A DNA stretch of 40,000 bases from an uncultured Acidobacteriota bacterium. GTDB lineage: Bacteria > Acidobacteriota > Terriglobia > Terriglobales > Acidobacteriaceae. Position 1 is the first letter of the stretch. The number at the start of each line of letters is the position of its first letter. The position numbers and the translations under genes were made by a program. Shown here piece by piece: positions 17,899 through 27,606 of the stretch. The stretch covers positions 324,005-364,004 of the forward strand of contig CAVWJE010000001.1 in NCBI GenBank assembly GCA_963755225.1. Reading direction: 5' to 3'. Under the pieces are notes generated by a model. It did no database searches. It had not been told where the DNA came from and saw only the letters and a list, made by a program, of their open reading frames with translations.

Positions 17899-19034
17899 TG
17901 GCGCGTAGAACGAGGTCGGTAATTCAGCGAAGGGCTCTGCGACTGCGACAGAATCCAGCCCATCCTCTGTACTTGTTCTGTCTGACGGGAGATGAAATTC
18001 TGCGGATTGCTGACATCTCTCGATTGTCCCGCGACGATGCAGGCAAACTGATCGGGTACCAGCGGCCCGAGGTGCGGCGACACATCCAGGAGATCGCGGA
18101 CTATCTGAACACCGATGACATCCTGTTTCCGAATTCGCTCATTCTGGCTTTATCCTCAAGTGTGAAGTTCCGAGGTAGTCGTGGCCCGCATGTGGCGGAT
18201 GGTTTGGCGGAGGCGGGTATACTCGAGATCCGGGTACCAGGTCCTAAAGAATCCAAGCCCGCTTGGATTGTGGACGGACAGCAGCGGGCCCTGGCGATTG
18301 CCAAGTCGAAGCGGGCTGACTTGCCTATTCCGATCAACGCGTTTGTTGCTGATGATGTTGCGCTCCAACGTGATCAATTCTTTCGAGTCAACAACACCAG
18401 ACCGCTGCCGCGCGGATTGATTACGGAATTACTCCCGGAAGTCTCCACGCCCCTTCCTGCGAATCTCGAAGCCCGTAAGATCCCCTCGGCGCTATGTAAT
18501 CTGCTCAGCCAAGATAAACACTCGCCGTTCCGGGACTTGATTGCCCGCGCGTCCACCGCCGTTGCTAAGAGGAAGAAAGCAGTGGTTGCGGACGCGTCGA
18601 TAATTAAGATGCTGCAGGAGAGTCTGTCGTCGCCATCGGGATGTCTGTTTCCGTACCGCAATATTGCCACAGGTGAGACCGACTTCGACGCGATTTGGGC
18701 GACGATGGTGACTTATTGGACTGCTGTCCAGAAGACATTTCCAGAGGCTTGGGGCAAGCCTCCCCAAAAGAGTCGCCTCATGCATGGTGCGGGGCTTCGC
18801 GCGATGGGACGGTTGATGGATCGGGTTATGGCCCAAGTCATTCCGGGCAGTCCTGGGGCGGTAGATCATGCGCGCCACGAACTAAAGGTGATTGTGCCAA
18901 TCTGCCATTGGACCAGCGGTCGGTGGGCAGAGTTGGGGCTTGAGTGGAATGAAATACAGAACGTTCCTCGACATATCCGTATCCTGTCCAACCTTTTGGT
19001 CCGGGCTTATGTTCAGGGAAGGAGGGCGGCGTGA
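17898..19034 (+). CDS. dpdB: DndB/DpdB-type DGQHR-domain protein (here DGQQR), copy 1
   Basis: PAWIVDGQQRALAI (DGQQR at 18273-18287), FFRVNNTRPLPRGLITELLP and SRLMHGAGLRAMG. The ATG at 17898 overlaps the upstream stop (TAATG). Confidence 0.8.
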   Translation: MARRTRSVIQRRALRLRQNPAHPLYLFCLTGDEILRIADISRLSRDDAGKLIGYQRPEVRRHIQEIADYLNTDDILFPNSLILALSSSVKFRGSRGPHVADGLAEAGILEIRVPGPKESKPAWIVDGQQRALAIAKSKRADLPIPINAFVADDVALQRDQFFRVNNTRPLPRGLITELLPEVSTPLPANLEARKIPSALCNLLSQDKHSPFRDLIARASTAVAKRKKAVVADASIIKMLQESLSSPSGCLFPYRNIATGETDFDAIWATMVTYWTAVQKTFPEAWGKPPQKSRLMHGAGLRAMGRLMDRVMAQVIPGSPGAVDHARHELKVIVPICHWTSGRWAELGLEWNEIQNVPRHIRILSNLLVRAYVQGRRAA

Positions 19035-20275
19035 AGTTCTTTTTCCCAGACAGTCAGGATTTTGTCGATCCTAGTTTCAATTTTGAAACAGAAGTACGGT
19101 CCACTCTGAGAATCCGTCAGAGGGATGACCGGTACGCCCATGAAGAATTCGCAACACCGCCCTTTGACGGATTGTTGGTGTCGCGGGCTGTCTTGGACAG
19201 CGGGCGCTACACCTTAGCGCAGAAGCACCGTTTGTTGCGGGTCGGCTTGCAAGACTTCTTTAGGATAGCGGGTAAGAATCTGGAGACCATGGGAGACTGT
19301 GGTGCGTTTTCTTACGTTAGAGAAGAGTACCCTCCATACTCTGTTGACGAAATTATCCGCTTTTATGACGAAGTCGGTTTCGATTACGGAATCTCGGTGG
19401 ACCATGTGATTCTGGGTTTTGATGCGACAGAAAAGGGGGTCGGCCCTGACTGGAAGAGGCGCCGAGAGATCACCCTGCAGCTTGCCACTGAGTTCATTCG
19501 TGAGCACAGACGGCAGGATTGCCGCTTCATCCCCCTGGGGGTTGCGCAGGGGTGGAGTCCTGCTTCGTACGCTGATTCGGTTGAGCAACTGCAGAAGATG
19601 GGATACAGCTACTTGGCTTTAGGAGGCATGGTGCCACTCAAGACACCAGATATACTTGCTTGCCTAGAGGCAGTAGAGTCTTGCCGACGACGTGAAACAC
19701 GGTTACATCTTCTTGGTATTACGCGGTGCGAGCAAGTTCGGCAGTTCGGCAAGTATGGAGTCGCAAGTTTTGACAGTACTTCACCATTGCGACAGGCGTT
19801 CAAGGATATGAAAGACAATTATTGGGCAATGGACCGTACGTATTCGGCGATCAGGGTTCCACAAGTTGAAGCCAATCCTGAGTTGTCACGCCGTATATTG
19901 GCGGGCAAGGTGGACCAAAGTGAAGCTCGGCGACTGGAAAGGGCATGTTTACAAGCGCTTGCGGCATACGATTCGGATGCAGCATCGATCGAAGATATAT
20001 TGCCGCTTCTGCGGGCTTACGAACAACTGCATGACGGCTCTCGGGATCGAACGGAGATCTATCGAGAGGTACTGACCGATAAACCGTGGAAGAAGTGCCC
20101 ATGTGACGTCTGCAGGAGAATAGGGATTCACGTGATCCTGTTTCGTGGTGCTGAACGAAACCGGAGGCGAGGATTTCACAATCTATTTGTGTTTTACCAG
20201 CGACTGCATCGTGAACTGGGACAGGACGAGAATCGAGGCACTCCCGTTCTGGCGATCGAATGCATACAGAAGTAG
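19031..20275 (+). CDS. dpdA: DNA-guanine transglycosylase-like protein (TGT-fold, DpdA family)
   Basis: The GTG start overlaps the dpdB stop (GTGA, 19031-19034) and follows GGAGGG. Motifs include GDCGAFSY, GISVDH, LALGGMVPL and LHLLGITR. The TGT-type Zn motif is CPCDVC (20096-20113) followed by HVILFRGAERNRRRGFHN. Confidence 0.88.
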   Translation: MKFFFPDSQDFVDPSFNFETEVRSTLRIRQRDDRYAHEEFATPPFDGLLVSRAVLDSGRYTLAQKHRLLRVGLQDFFRIAGKNLETMGDCGAFSYVREEYPPYSVDEIIRFYDEVGFDYGISVDHVILGFDATEKGVGPDWKRRREITLQLATEFIREHRRQDCRFIPLGVAQGWSPASYADSVEQLQKMGYSYLALGGMVPLKTPDILACLEAVESCRRRETRLHLLGITRCEQVRQFGKYGVASFDSTSPLRQAFKDMKDNYWAMDRTYSAIRVPQVEANPELSRRILAGKVDQSEARRLERACLQALAAYDSDAASIEDILPLLRAYEQLHDGSRDRTEIYREVLTDKPWKKCPCDVCRRIGIHVILFRGAERNRRRGFHNLFVFYQRLHRELGQDENRGTPVLAIECIQK

Positions 20276-20286
20276 GGAGCAAGGCC

Positions 20287-21447
20287 ATGCCCGATATCAG
20301 TGTTCTCCGCCTGCCGGCTCTGGAGATTATCCAGGGGCCAAATCGTACTCTTTACAGCTTTGCGGTTGACGGTAAGCAACTCACAATGTTTGCCACGGTT
20401 TCCAGGATTCGTCGGCAGAGTGATGAGGTGTTATGCGGTTACCAGAGACCGGAAGTGCTGTCCCACATTGCCGAGATTCGCCGGTATCTGGAGTCACCGG
20501 ACCCCATGATTCCGAACGCAATTGTGGTCGCTTTTGACGAACGGGTGGAGTTTGAGCCTGCAGAAAGACAAGAAGGAGTGTCTCCCTACAGTCGCTCGGG
20601 GACTATCGTTATACCGATCGACTCAGGTCTGAGTGATCAGGAAAAGCCCGGTTGGATTGTCGATGGCCAACAGCGGATGGCTGCCATTCGCGAAGCGTCT
20701 ATCCACAACTTTCCGATCTGTGTGACCGCGTTCATCGCAAAGAACGATCAGGAACAAAAAGAGCAGTTCATTTTGGTGAACTCGACAAAGCCACTTCCGA
20801 AGGGACTAATTTACGAGTTGCTGCCCACTACGCAGATGACGCTGCCTTCTCTTCTGCAGCGGCGACGGTTCCCGGCCAAACTGGCCAACCGACTGAATTA
20901 TGATTTGGACTCCCCGTTTAAGGGCAAAATACGGACTGCAACTAATTCAAATGGTGCCGTGCAGGATAACTCCTTGCTGAAAATGCTGGAGAATAGCTTG
21001 AGTGATGGCGTCCTATATCGATTTCGCGACGCCGATACGGGAACCGGTGACGTGGAGTCGATGCTAAGAGTGGTTAAGGCTTTCTGGGGCGCGACGGCCA
21101 AAACATTTAAAGAAGCTTGGGAATTACCGCCTGTGCGTTCGCGATTGGTTCATGGGGCTGGCATCGTCAGCATGGGGTTCTTGATGGACGCCATTTCTGA
21201 TCGGTACTACGACAACCAGGAACTGACTGAGGAGCAATTTTTAGGAGATTTGCAACCTTTTCAACGGGTCTGCCGCTGGACACAGGGCTATTGGGACTTC
21301 GGACCGGGTGCCCAACGGAAGTGGAATGAGATTCAAAACACGTCGAAAGATATCAAGTTGCTTGCGAACTACCTTCTACTCCAATACCGCGCAATGATCA
21401 CAACTCGCCCGCGTGAGGAATCTGCGTACCGATCGCTGAATTCCTGA
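20287..21447 (+). CDS. dpdB: DndB/DpdB-type DGQHR-domain protein (DGQQR), copy 2 (diverged paralog)
   Basis: PGWIVDGQQRMAAI (DGQQR at 20662-20676), FILVNSTKPLPKGLIYELLP, SRLVHGAGIVSMG and WNEIQNTSKDIKLLANYL. The ATG at 20287 follows AGGGAG. Confidence 0.8.
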   Translation: MPDISVLRLPALEIIQGPNRTLYSFAVDGKQLTMFATVSRIRRQSDEVLCGYQRPEVLSHIAEIRRYLESPDPMIPNAIVVAFDERVEFEPAERQEGVSPYSRSGTIVIPIDSGLSDQEKPGWIVDGQQRMAAIREASIHNFPICVTAFIAKNDQEQKEQFILVNSTKPLPKGLIYELLPTTQMTLPSLLQRRRFPAKLANRLNYDLDSPFKGKIRTATNSNGAVQDNSLLKMLENSLSDGVLYRFRDADTGTGDVESMLRVVKAFWGATAKTFKEAWELPPVRSRLVHGAGIVSMGFLMDAISDRYYDNQELTEEQFLGDLQPFQRVCRWTQGYWDFGPGAQRKWNEIQNTSKDIKLLANYLLLQYRAMITTRPREESAYRSLNS

Positions 21448-21504
21448 GAAAACTCTTGAGTCGTCGGAGTTTGAAGTGTTCGTTTGTAGAATATTTTGGT
21501 GCAT

Positions 21505-21526
21505 CCGACCGAAGAGTCTCGGTCGG
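21505..21526 (+). terminator. GC-rich hairpin downstream of dpdB copy 2 (weak candidate intrinsic terminator)
   Basis: CCGACCGA-AGAGTC-TCGGTCGG: 8-bp perfect stem with a 6-nt loop, followed by TCGTTGTTCG (T-containing but not a clean U-tract). It lies 58 nt after the stop at 21447. Confidence 0.3.
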
Positions 21527-21658
21527 TCGTTGTTCGCAAGATTAAGGCTACCGTTTCCTCACTCAACAGGTTATTCTTTGGTCGGATAGCGCAGCGACTA
21601 GACGTTTTGGTCCTCCCCCTGCGCCAAGAAAATGAACATGAAGTAGTGACGGCGGAGT

Positions 21659-21672
21659 TGGGATTAATCCCA
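21659..21672. promoter_or_regulatory. perfect 14-bp palindrome TGGGATTAATCCCA upstream of dpdE (candidate operator)
   Basis: Read directly from the sequence. It lies 26-39 bp upstream of the first possible dpdE start (TTG at 21698). Confidence 0.3.
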
Positions 21673-21697
21673 GGGGAAAGTCTCCGGTTCGTGTGGT

Positions 21698-24600
21698 TTG
21701 AGACGAACTCGGAGGGTGACCAAACAAGACGTGTGCCCACATCTTCAAGCTGCCGGCTTTGTAAAGTCGCGCTCAAATCGTCTCGGTTCAGGCAAACTCG
21801 TCGGCGTGTCCGGTGGCACTGCAACCGTAGAGTATTTTCGTTCCATAGCGAATAGGTTTCGAGAGCAGTTACGGGTTGAGTCGCTGTCGATCGTTCGCCT
21901 TCCTGCGCAGACTCGCTGCTACTTCGTGGATGGCGAAGGCTCCTGGTTAATGGGACGGACGGGTGCATTTTTCGACGGGGAATACGAAGTCAATCTTCCT
22001 GGGAGGCAGGCTCGCTACGTCCCTGAAACATCGTTATTCGTCCGGTGTGGCTTACCCATAGAGGATCCAACAGATGTGCTCGCGTTGAAGGCTCATGAAA
22101 CAGCGTTCTTTCATCAGCATCGATTGGAGTTCTACAGGTGTCTGGTAGATCAACGGGCAGCTTTTCGAGGAATGACGGGGTTAGTTTCATCACGCGTGGA
22201 ACTGTTTCCTCACCAGTTCGATGTAGTGCGGCGAGTTTTGCAGGATCCAGTGCAACGGTACCTGTTAGCAGACGAGGTAGGACTGGGTAAGACCGTAGAA
22301 GCGGGAATCATTCTGAGGCAATTGTTGCTTGATCAACCTAATGCTACCGCCCTGGTTCTAGTTCCACCGTTAATTATCGATCAGTGGAAGCAAGAATTGG
22401 AAGAGAAGTTCACTTTTGGGCTGGCCGGAGAAGTCGAGGTTTACGGCACAAATCGCTTGTTGCATTTGTGCGCGTCTGAGAGATCTCGTTATCTTGGACG
22501 AGGCTCAACTGGTTGCGTCTTTGGCATGGGGGTCGGGCAAAGATAGGGCAGCCTTCGACAACTTTATGGAGTTCTCGCGTCGCGCGAAAAGACTGTTGCT
22601 GTTGTCTGCCACACCAGTGCTGAACAATGAGCGAGACTTTCTGGCAATGTTGCACATGCTTGATCCTGCCGTGTTTCGTTTGGAAGATTTCCATGAGTTT
22701 CGGGTCCGCATAGGCAAACGGCAGGAAGTGGGCAGGGCACTGCTGGCGCTACGAGAAGGAATGTCCATAGTTCCGCTGAAAGCTGCCCTGAGAGCATTGC
22801 GTCGAAATTTTCAGGAAGACAAGATGCTCGATGGCCTTGCTTCGCGGTTGGAGAACCTGCTTAATGGTGATTCTAGCTCAGAGGAGCGTGACAAAATAAT
22901 TCGTGACATCCGGATCCACATTAGTGAGACGTATCGCTTGCATCGACGTATGCTGCGAAACCGCCGACAAAACGTTGGAAATGTGCTCTGGTCAGTTCGT
23001 AATGGCAAAACTGAATTTAACAAAATGGTGCAGGAGATCGACACTGATGAGCGCCTTCAGTCGGCTCTGGAACAATTGGAGAACTGGCGAGCGGCGGCCA
23101 TCAACGAGGCCAAAGGGTTTGAAAATGGTTCGTGGATGCTGGGGTTGAAGGAAGTCTATTTCTTGTTGTTGGAAGCACTTGATGGTTCATTGTGCATACT
23201 TCATGAAGCGGCAATAGCACGCCGCCAACGAACATCGTCGGTTTCTCTCGCGCGTGATTTCGGCTCTAGGGCGAATGTGTTGTGGGAGTGTCCGGAATTC
23301 GACGGTGAAGATGTCTGGCTTAAGGAGTTGCAACACCTCACAGAACGCCCGGCGGAAGACGGTGACCGACTCCATGTCTTGAGGGACATAATCAGAAGGC
23401 GTCGAGGTGGGCGCGGCGCGTCAAATAGCAAGTTCGTAGTGTTTGCGACGCTTCCGAGCGTTTGCCGACGAGCTTACGAGTTTCTGCAAACAGCGTTCGG
23501 AGAGCATTCTGTGGCGTCCTATTACGGTGGGCAAAGTACGGAAGAGGCTGAAGACAGTACAGAATCGTTTCGCGATGCGAATTCCCATTGCGACATTCTT
23601 GTCTGTGATCGATCTGGCGAAGTTGGCCGAAATTTGCAGTTTGCTAATGTCTTAATTCATCTGGATCTTCCCTGGAATCCCAACCGCATTGAACAGCGAA
23701 TCGGTCGACTCGACCGAATCGGTCGCAAGGAGCGCCTGACTTCTCATGTATTTATTGGTCCCGATACAGAGGGATCTGTTGTTGAGGCGTGGTATCGGAT
23801 GCTTTCCGACGGTTTCGGCGTCTTCGGCGAATCGATAGCCTCCCTTCAACTCTTCGTGGATGCTGTTATGCCGCGAGTCCGCGAAGCAAGTTGGATGTAT
23901 GGTTCGACTGGACTCGAAACTCTTCTACCTTCTCTACGTGAAGAACGGGAGATCGAACGCGTGCGAATAGCCGAGCAGGACGCGCTTGATCTGATTGAAT
24001 CGACCACCGGTGATGATCGAGATGTTTTCCAGCGGTTGGACGAGTTGGACGGCGAACATTTGCGCTTGCAGAGCCAGATGGAGTCATGGGTGGTAAATGC
24101 ATTGAACTTCAATAAGAAAGAAGTACCGGCCGTGGCAGGGGCTTGGTACTACAAAACTGCTCACAATACGCTTGTGCCGCTGAACCTGTTGGCCGGAACT
24201 GAAGAGGACGAATCTATAGCCGTTTCCATAATTGAGCCGAAGACATTCCGGCGGGAAACCGCTGTCGCGAATCCTGAGGTCGGGCTATTGCGGATTGGTG
24301 ATCCATTCGTGGACGCGATGGCTTCTTACCTGGATTGGGATGATCGAGGAAAGGGATGCGCACTTTGGAGGTGCGTTTCCGGATGGAACGGTTCAGAATC
24401 CGCAGATTGGATTGGTTTTCGATTTATTTTCTTAGTGACTGCTGATTGCAGCAAGGCAGTCGCTAGCGCAAAACGACTTCTGCCGGCAGACTTGACGAAT
24501 CTGCAATGGTCAAGCGTGGCGATGCCTTGCTTGCTCCTTTCCTGGTTGACCGTATTCTTGATGCTGATGGGAAGCACGTCTCTGAAGCGCGGATTGTGGA

Positions 24601-25015
24601 AGCGATAAAACTGCCATACAACTTGAAGGAACGTACGATTGATACAAATCTGGCAAAGGAGCACCTGTCAGTCCTTGATCGTCTGGTCGATTCGAGTCGG
24701 TGGCCCGATCTGTGTCGCCGACTGCGGTTTCTAGCTGAAACTCAATTACGGGAGGACCCGGAATTCAAGATGATCACGGAAGGTGCAGCCGAAGATGCGG
24801 CCAAGAGACTATCAGTGCAAACGGAATCTCTCCGCCTTCGGGTTGCAGAACTTGCTCGTAAAGGGGGTCAGGACCTGCAGTTCGAGCAGGATCACTTGCG
24901 TGTTGAGCAGCAACTCGCCGACGATCTCCTCGCTGGAATTGGCGAGCCTCACGTCAGGCTCGACTCGATTGCATTCTATGTGTTGTCCGGGCGTCCGTGC
25001 CCACGCGAAAAATGA
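21698..25015 (+). pseudogene. dpdE: SNF2-family helicase (DpdE-like), two frameshifts as given
   Basis: Fragment 21698-22546 carries motif I LLADEVGLGKTVEAG and LVLVPPLIIDQW. Fragment 22416-24608 carries DExQ LVILDEAQ, LLLSATPV and DLPWNPNRIEQRIGRLDRIGR. Fragment 24506-25015 is the C-terminal tail. Junctions are at about 22440-22480 and 24495-24510. The start codon is uncertain (TTG at 21698 or downstream GTGs). Confidence 0.8.
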
Positions 25016-27606
25016 GAGACTCGTTTCACATGATCGGAGAGTGGCTCCGCTCTGGGGCGGGGTCCGAGATTGACCTGTCAGGCGTTACCAGAAACGAACG
25101 CCGCCTTGTTGTCGTAGTGCAGGAATTGTTGTCGGGGGCGGTCACGACAGGTCGTGGTGACATGGTAGTCGCCGCAAGACAACTGTTGCGCGTGGAGGAA
25201 GAGCGACAGTCTGGTGTTTCTCAGCGGTTTGTAGTTCCCCAGGGAAGTCCCTGGCCCACTGTTGAGGAATGGGAGGCGGCAGGATGCCAGGTTGAAGACT
25301 ACGGCACTCGGCTTCATGTGGCAGCTCAACCTTGGGTGCCTTCTTGGTTAGTACGTGGAGTCGAAGGAAGTGTTGATGGTCCCTCGTATGCAGAATCATT
25401 ACGCCGGTTACCATGCGAGGTGTTGGGTGATCCTTTCTTAAAGCGACTCGGCTACAAGAGTTACAGAAACGCTGGTCAACGTGAAGCGGTAAGGGGAGCT
25501 CTTACGGCACCGCCGTCGTCAACCTTGATTGTGGTATTACCCACTGGTGCTGGGAAGAGTCTTTGCGCGCATCTGCCAGCGGCATTGAGTACAAAAAAGC
25601 TCGGGACGACGGTTGTGATAGTACCGACTACTGCTCTCGCGCTTGACCAAGAACAGGCTGTGCGGGCTGTATTCCCCGATCCGACCGCCTTCGTGAGCGG
25701 CAGAAGCGACCATGAAAAACTCCGCAATCGAGAGATTTGGCGTCGTGTCCAGGATGGAACCCAAAAGATTGTTTTTACTTCTCCGGAGAGTGCTATTCAG
25801 TCGCTGGCCGGTGCGATTTACAGCGCCGCGTCAAAGGGCCTGATAGACACACTGGTAATAGACGAGGCCCACATGGTCGATGCTTGGGGCGACGACTTTC
25901 GGTCGGCCTTCCAGGAACTTGCCGGCTTTCGCTCAGATTTGCTTCGTTACAGTGCAAAACCGTTTCCTACGCTGCTGTTGACAGCCACCCTCACCGAGCC
26001 ATGCCTAGATTCGCTTGAGACTCTATTTGGCCAACCTGGCCCTTTTAAGCTGTTGGCGAGCGTGCAACTCCGGCCCGAACCTTCGTACTGGTTTGCGCGC
26101 TGCGTGGATTCTAGCCAGAAGCAGGAGCGTGTTATCGAGGCAGTTCAAAACCTCCCGCGGCCTTTGATTTTGTACGTCACCAGGAGAGCAGATGCGGAGA
26201 ATTGGTTGGCAACGCTAATTTCCGCGGGATTTCGAAGGTCCGCGATTGTCACGGGTGAAACTCCCAACGATCAGCGGTTGAGGGTTCTCAACAGGTGGCG
26301 GGAGGAGTCCATTGATATAGTCGTTGCAACGTCAGCTTTCGGACTAGGCGTAGACAAGGACAATGTACGCACGGTCATACATGCTTGTGTTCCAGAAAGC
26401 GTCGACCGGTTTTATCAAGAAGTCGGGCGGAGTGGTCGCGATGGCAATGCGAGCGTTTCGTTAGTAGCGTACACAAATGCTGATTGGTCGCAAGCTCGGC
26501 AACTCTCGAAAAAAAGGCTTATTTCACTTGATCGTGGGAGGGAGCGGTGGCTGAGTATGTTTCACCGGGCTGAACTGCTCGCAGATGGCCGTTTCCGCAT
26601 ACCGGTTGATGCTGTGCCGAGTTTCTCTGAAGGTGACATCGACATGCGCAATAGCTACAACGTAGCTTGGAACCTGCGTACGCTGACGTTGATGGCGCGG
26701 GCAGGCTTGTTGCGTTTAGATGGAGAACCGCCGCCTACTTACAGAAAGACGACTGATACAGCTGACGACAAGGCGGAGTCTACCGAAAAAGAGTCCCAGC
26801 AGACACTTGATATCGAGCGATACCGCAACCGTCGAATCGTCAAGATTCTCGACCAACATCACTTGACTGAGGATGTTTGGGCCGAAAAAGTTGGACCACT
26901 GAGAAAGTCGGCACACCGCTTTTCTCAGCGGAATCTCGGATTGCTGAAGGACGCGCTATCTGGGCAGGAATGTATATCAGCGGTTTTGTCAGAGACCTAC
27001 TCGATACCGGCGAAGCCCGGTCGGAGCGGAGTTGCGGTCGAAATATCTTGCGGCGGTTGTCCGTTTTGTCGAAGTATGGGGAGCAAGCCATATTGCGGTT
27101 CTATACATGCGCCTTGGCCTGTGTGGCGGAGGACGTTTCCAGTCGGTGATGTGCTCCGTTCGATGCTTTCACGACATAACATGTTGGCAATCTTCTATGA
27201 AGCTGGTCGAGGAAGAGAGTGGAATCGCCACAGGAATGCTGTCGTCCTTTGGTTGGCTGCGCAAGGAATCCGGAGTGTAGTGGCGCCGAGAGAGTTGTTG
27301 GAGGAGTGGCTAACGCTGGACTGGAAGTCGTATCTGGTTTGTTTCACCGCTATTGATGAACTCGTCATGCCGCGACTTCCGTGGCTTCCGACCATGGTTT
27401 TTCATCCCACGAACCTGCCCGCCCCTGCAGGACTTTATCGACGCGACCACGGTGGAACAAAGGACGATGGCGATTTGTCCCAGACTACGGTAGTGCTATT
27501 CCCACGTACAACCGTTGATCCTGCGGCGCCGCACCGAATGTTGATGGACGTCTGGCCGGAACGAGGTGTCAACTTCCAGGAATTGCGAAGCAAGGAAGCC
27601 ATATGA
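25012..27606 (+). CDS. dpdF: RecQ-like DEAD/DEAH-box SF2 helicase (DpdF-like)
   Basis: Motif I VLPTGAGKS, motif II LVIDEAHMV, LLLTATLT, VVATSAFGLGVDK and QEVGRSGRDG, plus a C-terminal Cys cluster CGGCPFC. The ATG at 25012 overlaps the dpdE stop (ATGA). Confidence 0.8.
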   Translation: MRDSFHMIGEWLRSGAGSEIDLSGVTRNERRLVVVVQELLSGAVTTGRGDMVVAARQLLRVEEERQSGVSQRFVVPQGSPWPTVEEWEAAGCQVEDYGTRLHVAAQPWVPSWLVRGVEGSVDGPSYAESLRRLPCEVLGDPFLKRLGYKSYRNAGQREAVRGALTAPPSSTLIVVLPTGAGKSLCAHLPAALSTKKLGTTVVIVPTTALALDQEQAVRAVFPDPTAFVSGRSDHEKLRNREIWRRVQDGTQKIVFTSPESAIQSLAGAIYSAASKGLIDTLVIDEAHMVDAWGDDFRSAFQELAGFRSDLLRYSAKPFPTLLLTATLTEPCLDSLETLFGQPGPFKLLASVQLRPEPSYWFARCVDSSQKQERVIEAVQNLPRPLILYVTRRADAENWLATLISAGFRRSAIVTGETPNDQRLRVLNRWREESIDIVVATSAFGLGVDKDNVRTVIHACVPESVDRFYQEVGRSGRDGNASVSLVAYTNADWSQARQLSKKRLISLDRGRERWLSMFHRAELLADGRFRIPVDAVPSFSEGDIDMRNSYNVAWNLRTLTLMARAGLLRLDGEPPPTYRKTTDTADDKAESTEKESQQTLDIERYRNRRIVKILDQHHLTEDVWAEKVGPLRKSAHRFSQRNLGLLKDALSGQECISAVLSETYSIPAKPGRSGVAVEISCGGCPFCRSMGSKPYCGSIHAPWPVWRRTFPVGDVLRSMLSRHNMLAIFYEAGRGREWNRHRNAVVLWLAAQGIRSVVAPRELLEEWLTLDWKSYLVCFTAIDELVMPRLPWLPTMVFHPTNLPAPAGLYRRDHGGTKDDGDLSQTTVVLFPRTTVDPAAPHRMLMDVWPERGVNFQELRSKEAI

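Noticed and set aside
21369-21968. Long antisense or overlapping ORFs (this 199-aa one; also 9761-10285 -, 7267-7761 -, 11416-11961 +, 29343-29810 -, 32035-32523 -, 15175-15603 -)
   Set aside because: Each overlaps a motif-bearing gene on the other strand or in another frame. Their translations are low-complexity, Arg/Ser/Pro-rich and carry no recognisable motif. This is typical shadow-ORF behaviour in moderately GC-rich DNA.
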